Source: Amoebophrya sp. A120 (taxonomy: Eukaryota; Protista; Dinoflagellata). From it: a stretch of DNA of 64,000 nucleotides. Below are positions 59,758 through 64,000 of the stretch, in pieces. The notes below the pieces were generated by a model, which was not told where the DNA came from, made no database searches, and saw nothing but the letters and a program-made list of their open reading frames with translations. Position 1 is the first letter of the stretch. Each line of letters begins with the position of its first letter. The DNA lies in contig CAJINV010000001.1 in assembly GCA_905178155.1 (NCBI GenBank), positions 1,228,606-1,292,605 on the forward strand, read 5' to 3'. The translations under genes were made by a program, and so were the position numbers.

Positions 59758-62700
59758 ATGTCAACGGCCAGCTTCCGGCCCCCGTCCCGGAGGCGGACGA
59801 TGGACCCTCGGCGCGCGGCAGGAGCCGACCACCAAAGCGCCACTCCGGTTGTCGCTGAGCCAGCAACTTCCCCCCCATTCGCCGCGAAAATCGATTTGGG
59901 AGGAGTGTCGACCGACGCAGGAGGGCAGTCCAGCTCAACCGAGTCGGTTCCGTCCGCTGGGGAGGAGCACTTGCTGTCCGCAGGGGTACGTTCCATGGCA
60001 GTCGTGGGGCGTGCGGAAGAACCCTCTGGCACGACCGATGCTGCTGCAATATCGTCCACCTCGTCGTCTTCACACAATAATATTAAGCCGCCCTTCGGGC
60101 CAGCATCCTCTTCAACGACGACGACGACGATGTTCTGCAGCAAGAGCACGACCGCGGCATCTTCGGTTTTCCAAACGCCGAAGCACAGTGACCAGCAGCT
60201 CACCATCGAGCGATCGGAGTCAAACGTGTCGCAAGCGTCTTCCAATACGCTGCACGTGCCCGGAAATGGTACTGCTGGACCGCCGAGGCACCGCACACGC
60301 CCTTCGCAAGAGAGGAGTTCTAACGTGAGCAACTCTACTACGGCGTCGGCGTCCAAAATTCGCGGCTCTGGAAGTGGCACTATCAAATGCAAAAATGTCT
60401 GGGTCTGGAAAGTTGGCAGGTTTGTCATGCATATTTTGCATAACCCATGATGCATGTAATCCATGACCTAGCATCACAGATTTTTAAACAGCCTTCTGAT
60501 GCGTATTCCGCATGAGAAATGCCCACTCCATGTAGCACAAACTGCACTCCTCTTGCTGGTCACGCAATAGAACTTTTTTTACCTTCCAAAGCCAGCATCA
60601 CAAGTTGCAACCTTCCAGACCCAGACATATTTGCATTCCATAGGCACGAGTTGTGCGCCGGACCGCCGCGGGTCCGCCCGGAGGAAAAGTATCAAAAGGA
60701 AAAATCCCCCCTCCCCATATCGAAACAAAGTTTCTGATGCTGGATTTGCGTACACAAATCAGGTCTGTCTTGCTGGAGAGGACTGCAGGCATATGACAAG
60801 CCTGGATCGAGAGGCTTGGACGTAGGGGACTAGCATGACAGATGTCGGCTCTGTAAGCCCAACAGCATCGCAAACCGCCGGCATAATGCGGCGGACTCTC
60901 TGGCTTTGCCTTCTTGCAAGACAGACAGGATTTGTGACCTCCAATCTGCATCGCAAATTTTCAGACGAATGCGTTTTCAATATGGGGAGGGGGGATTTTT
61001 CCTCTCAATAAAAAGCATGATTGATTTGGAGCAGAAACTGCAGGAGCCGCTGCTGGGCACGCGGCGCGGCGTGGAAGAAAACGAGGAGTTTCGGGCAGCG
61101 GAGGAGAAGCCGCCGCCGAGCCCCGTAATGTATCCTGTGTAAAAACGTCTCCACACCATAGTCAAGATGGGAAATCTGCTAGAAAAATCCACAAGGCTTC
61201 GTTGCTGCGCATGACAAGTGTGGCCTCGTAGTGCAATCCTGTTCAGCTAGTTCACCAGCATCACAGACCCGGCATATCATGCTGATTGGAGCATGACAAA
61301 TCCCGAAACACGACGAAAAAACGCTTCTCATGGGGCTCCGCATGAGAAGCATCCTCAGCATGCAGAATTGCATTACAGCTATGTTGTGGGGACGTTTTTA
61401 CAAATGATATCTTGCCGGCCCTGGTCACGCACTCGCTGAAAGCGACCTCCGAAATGGCCGCGCAGAAGTTTGGGAACACGCTCGGCTACATTCAGGAGTG
61501 CGTGCAGAAAGGCCCGGAAGGCGTGCGGTCACTCACCTTCGTAGGGGGCGTGATTATGGTACTAATTGTCTATAGGCTTTTCTTGTAGGAACATCAAACG
61601 AACCCAAGTTCGCTCGCAGTCTGATGTGGACAAGTTGAGTTCTTTCGTGTTTTGCAACTTTGTGGACATCGGTGGTCAAGTACCACTTCACTGGTATACT
61701 CAACTCTTCTACTCCCCCACTGCTCAACTCAGACCGTTATCAAATGCAAAAATGTCTGGGTCTGGAAGAGTTGGAACTTGTCATGCTGTTTTTGGACCCT
61801 AAAAAAATTCGTATTGCATGACCAGCAAGTGCAAGAGGGGTACAATTTGTGCTACACGGATAGGGCATTTCTCATGCGGAAGGTGCATCAGAAGCCCTCT
61901 AAAAGTCTGCGACGCTAGGTCATGCATTACAGGCATCACGGGCCATGAGAAATATGCATGACAAATCTTGCATTCTTCCAGACCCAGACATTTCTACATT
62001 TGATAGCCGTCTACTACGGGTTCACGCTGCTGAACGTGTTCAGTGTGCTGACGATATCAAATGCAAAAGTGTCTGGGTCTGGAAGATTGCCAGATTTGTC
62101 TAGCTTGTCTGGCATGACCAAAAAGTTTGTGATGCGTGTCCAAGAAGAGACCCGTTTGCCTGTCATGCAAAAACGCAGTCTGTCATGCGAAAAACGCAAC
62201 ACAAAGAAGCGCAGATGTTTCTGACGCTTGCCTGTGCATTACAGAGCATTTACTATTCCCAACGCAGCATTACAAGTTTCCAGACCCACACATTTTTGCT
62301 GTTGATAGACGAATCCCTTCAGCTATTTCATGAACGTGACCTTCCTCCTGTTCGGGTGGATCACTGTTATCTGGGAGGCCAGCGAGGTATTACTGCAGGA
62401 TTGGCGACCCCTGCGGGAGTACCAGGCGTGGATTGCAGAATACATGAAATGTTTGGCGATTCCCTGGTGCCTCGGGATCTTCTACCTCTACATCGGCTGT
62501 CTGCAGGTCATGCTGCATTCAGTTCTGTCCGTGGAGTCCCTGTTGGGGTTGTACTATCGAAGTGGAACAATGCGAACTACAAAGAGACTGCTTTGCTTCC
62601 GTTTCTGGTGTATTTCAATTTCTGAGCGGGAATGCAACTGCTGCATGACAGATTTGGGAGTGTTTCTCACCGGTACCTCCATGATAGAAAAACGCTGGAA

Positions 62701-62868
62701 GTTCTTTTATACGAAAATGTATGGCTAGGTTTATTTCAAAGACACGATTTTGCTTTTGTTCGTTTGTCCTCCGATACGCACTTTTGTCTGATGGGTAGCT
62801 TCAACCTCTGCCTGCACTACGGATACGACATCGAGAAGCCAACGAGAGCGGTGGTATACCATGCATAG
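59758..62868 (+). CDS. COPI-associated/TVP15-like multi-pass membrane protein with disordered N-terminus; 6 introners
   Basis: Reconstructed GPEGVRSLTFVGGVIMTVYYGFTLLNVFSVLTNPFSYFMNVTFLLFGWITVIWE...GIFYLYIGCL...LGLYFCLMG; 3' end uncertain. Confidence 0.72.
60381..60642. mobile_element. TIR introner, family B
   Basis: TSD ggcac/ggcac. Confidence 0.93.
60690..61010. mobile_element. TIR introner, family A
   Basis: TSD aaaag/aaaag. Confidence 0.93.
61131..61409. mobile_element. TIR introner, family C (opposite orientation to 18099-18378)
   Basis: Family C TIRs; flanks taatg/tcttg; frame restored. Confidence 0.85.
61738..62005. mobile_element. TIR introner, family B (opposite orientation to 60381-60642)
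   Basis: Flanks accgt/gccgt. Confidence 0.92.
62055..62307. mobile_element. TIR introner, family B
   Basis: TSD gacga/gacga. Confidence 0.92.
62555..62776. mobile_element. Diverged TIR introner (family J)
   Basis: tatcgaagtggaacaatgcgaac / gttcgtttgtcctccgata; flanks tgtac/cgcac; frame restored. Confidence 0.72.
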
Positions 62869-64000
62869 TGATCAGATGAATCTATTTGTCAGAAAATTTT
62901 GGATTGCTTCTAGAGTGAGTGTCAATGTATAAAATCGATGAGGTCCGCCCACGACAAAGCGAGGTCTCAATTTTGCTTCCTGCTCCTCGCGACAAAGCGA
63001 GTCTGCAACGGAAAAACAAAATAACTCCTTTCAGGGCGATTTCGTGCAGCAAGGCGTGGGTATCTAATGCAACTTTGTTGATGTCGGGGCGAGCGCGAGG
63101 AATTATTAGCGAGAACCGCTAGAAGGCTTATGTATATGTTGCAAAGGCCGTGCCATGCTTGTCCTCCCGGCGTGCCGACGAGCCTAATCATGTGGTGTCG
63201 TGTCTAGTGCACGACACGCCGAGAACGCTTTTCACACCACCAACCACCTCGAGAATTTAGTACAAATGAGAATTTTCATCATTTGCATCGCCCGACTTCT
63301 TCATGGTTTTGCGGGGCATAGTAGGTTGGCTGCGAACTAAGGTTCGGGAATTCTCCAATCGAGACTCCGATTCCGGGGGCGTTGAGAGCAGGACCGGCGA
63401 GGGCTTCTGATTCATCTGAGTCCGGGACGAGGCAAGGTCGAAGTTATTTCGATAGGGCAAAACCAACCGATGCAAGAAGTACAACTTCTGCTCTCGCCGG
63501 AAAGAACACTTCATCACCTGCGTACGAGTGGCTTTGTTTGTATTGTGTACCAGAACCTTTCAGACTACTGCCACTGTAGCGCGAAAAATTTTCCAAACTG
63601 TTCTTGTTCTTACCTTTTCCTGTCGCAGAAGAAAGTACGGTTTTGCATTGTTTTTTCCTGTTGACCCAAACCACTTCAGGTTTTTTTACCGTACTAGGTA
63701 GTACCTTGGGTTCAACCATGATGTTGTCAATGTGAAGTAGACTTTCTTTACTCGAGCATGAACTAAATTTGGACCACATGAGGCCCACGATGGGTGCATT
63801 TAAAGATGTTGACAGTGCCAACAGTAGTTTCGTGCCGGTGCAGGTCTAGTCCACCCGGCAGGCGCAGCTACGGTAATTGGTGCTACATTTGTCATCGATA
63901 TTTGTCACGTTTCCGTGGGCAAACATTTATTTGTGCAAATGGATGTGGATTCCAGGACGAACAGGAACACGCATTTTGGAGACGTGCGCGTGCCGGAAAG

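Noticed and set aside
1263-62224. Recurring short ORFs with CKNVWVWK, LPDPDIF, KNPPSPY or RYGEGGF peptides
   Set aside because: They are translations of the family A and B TIRs in various frames, not a protein family.

Overview
Eukaryotic, gene-dense window in which every supportable gene (about 16) is on the + strand. The source is most likely a syndinian dinoflagellate such as Amoebophrya; this is an inference from gene content, co-orientation and intron type. The dominant feature is about 35 short (roughly 150-700 bp, about 10 kb in total) non-autonomous elements with terminal inverted repeats (TIRs), nearly all inside coding exons. Thirty-one follow one rule: a 5-bp direct repeat (TSD), then TAT...TIR...TIR...ATA, then the 5-bp repeat again (one copy lacks the final A). 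Removing the element plus one repeat copy restores the reading frame wherever a host gene is identifiable, and rebuilds conserved motifs (MFS DRVGRR, DGK MNYVNFG, SGNH IYLMGDS). They therefore behave as non-GT-AG introner introns. They fall into at least 9 TIR types, occur in both orientations even within one gene, and share an internal TGTNATGC motif. The window also shows a filled/empty site pair, a possible excision footprint, a candidate selenoprotein (UxxC thioredoxin-like domain fused to hemerythrin) visible only after element removal, an OTU/RNase H retroelement remnant, and a rearranged region at 47-55 kb. All coordinates were counted by hand.
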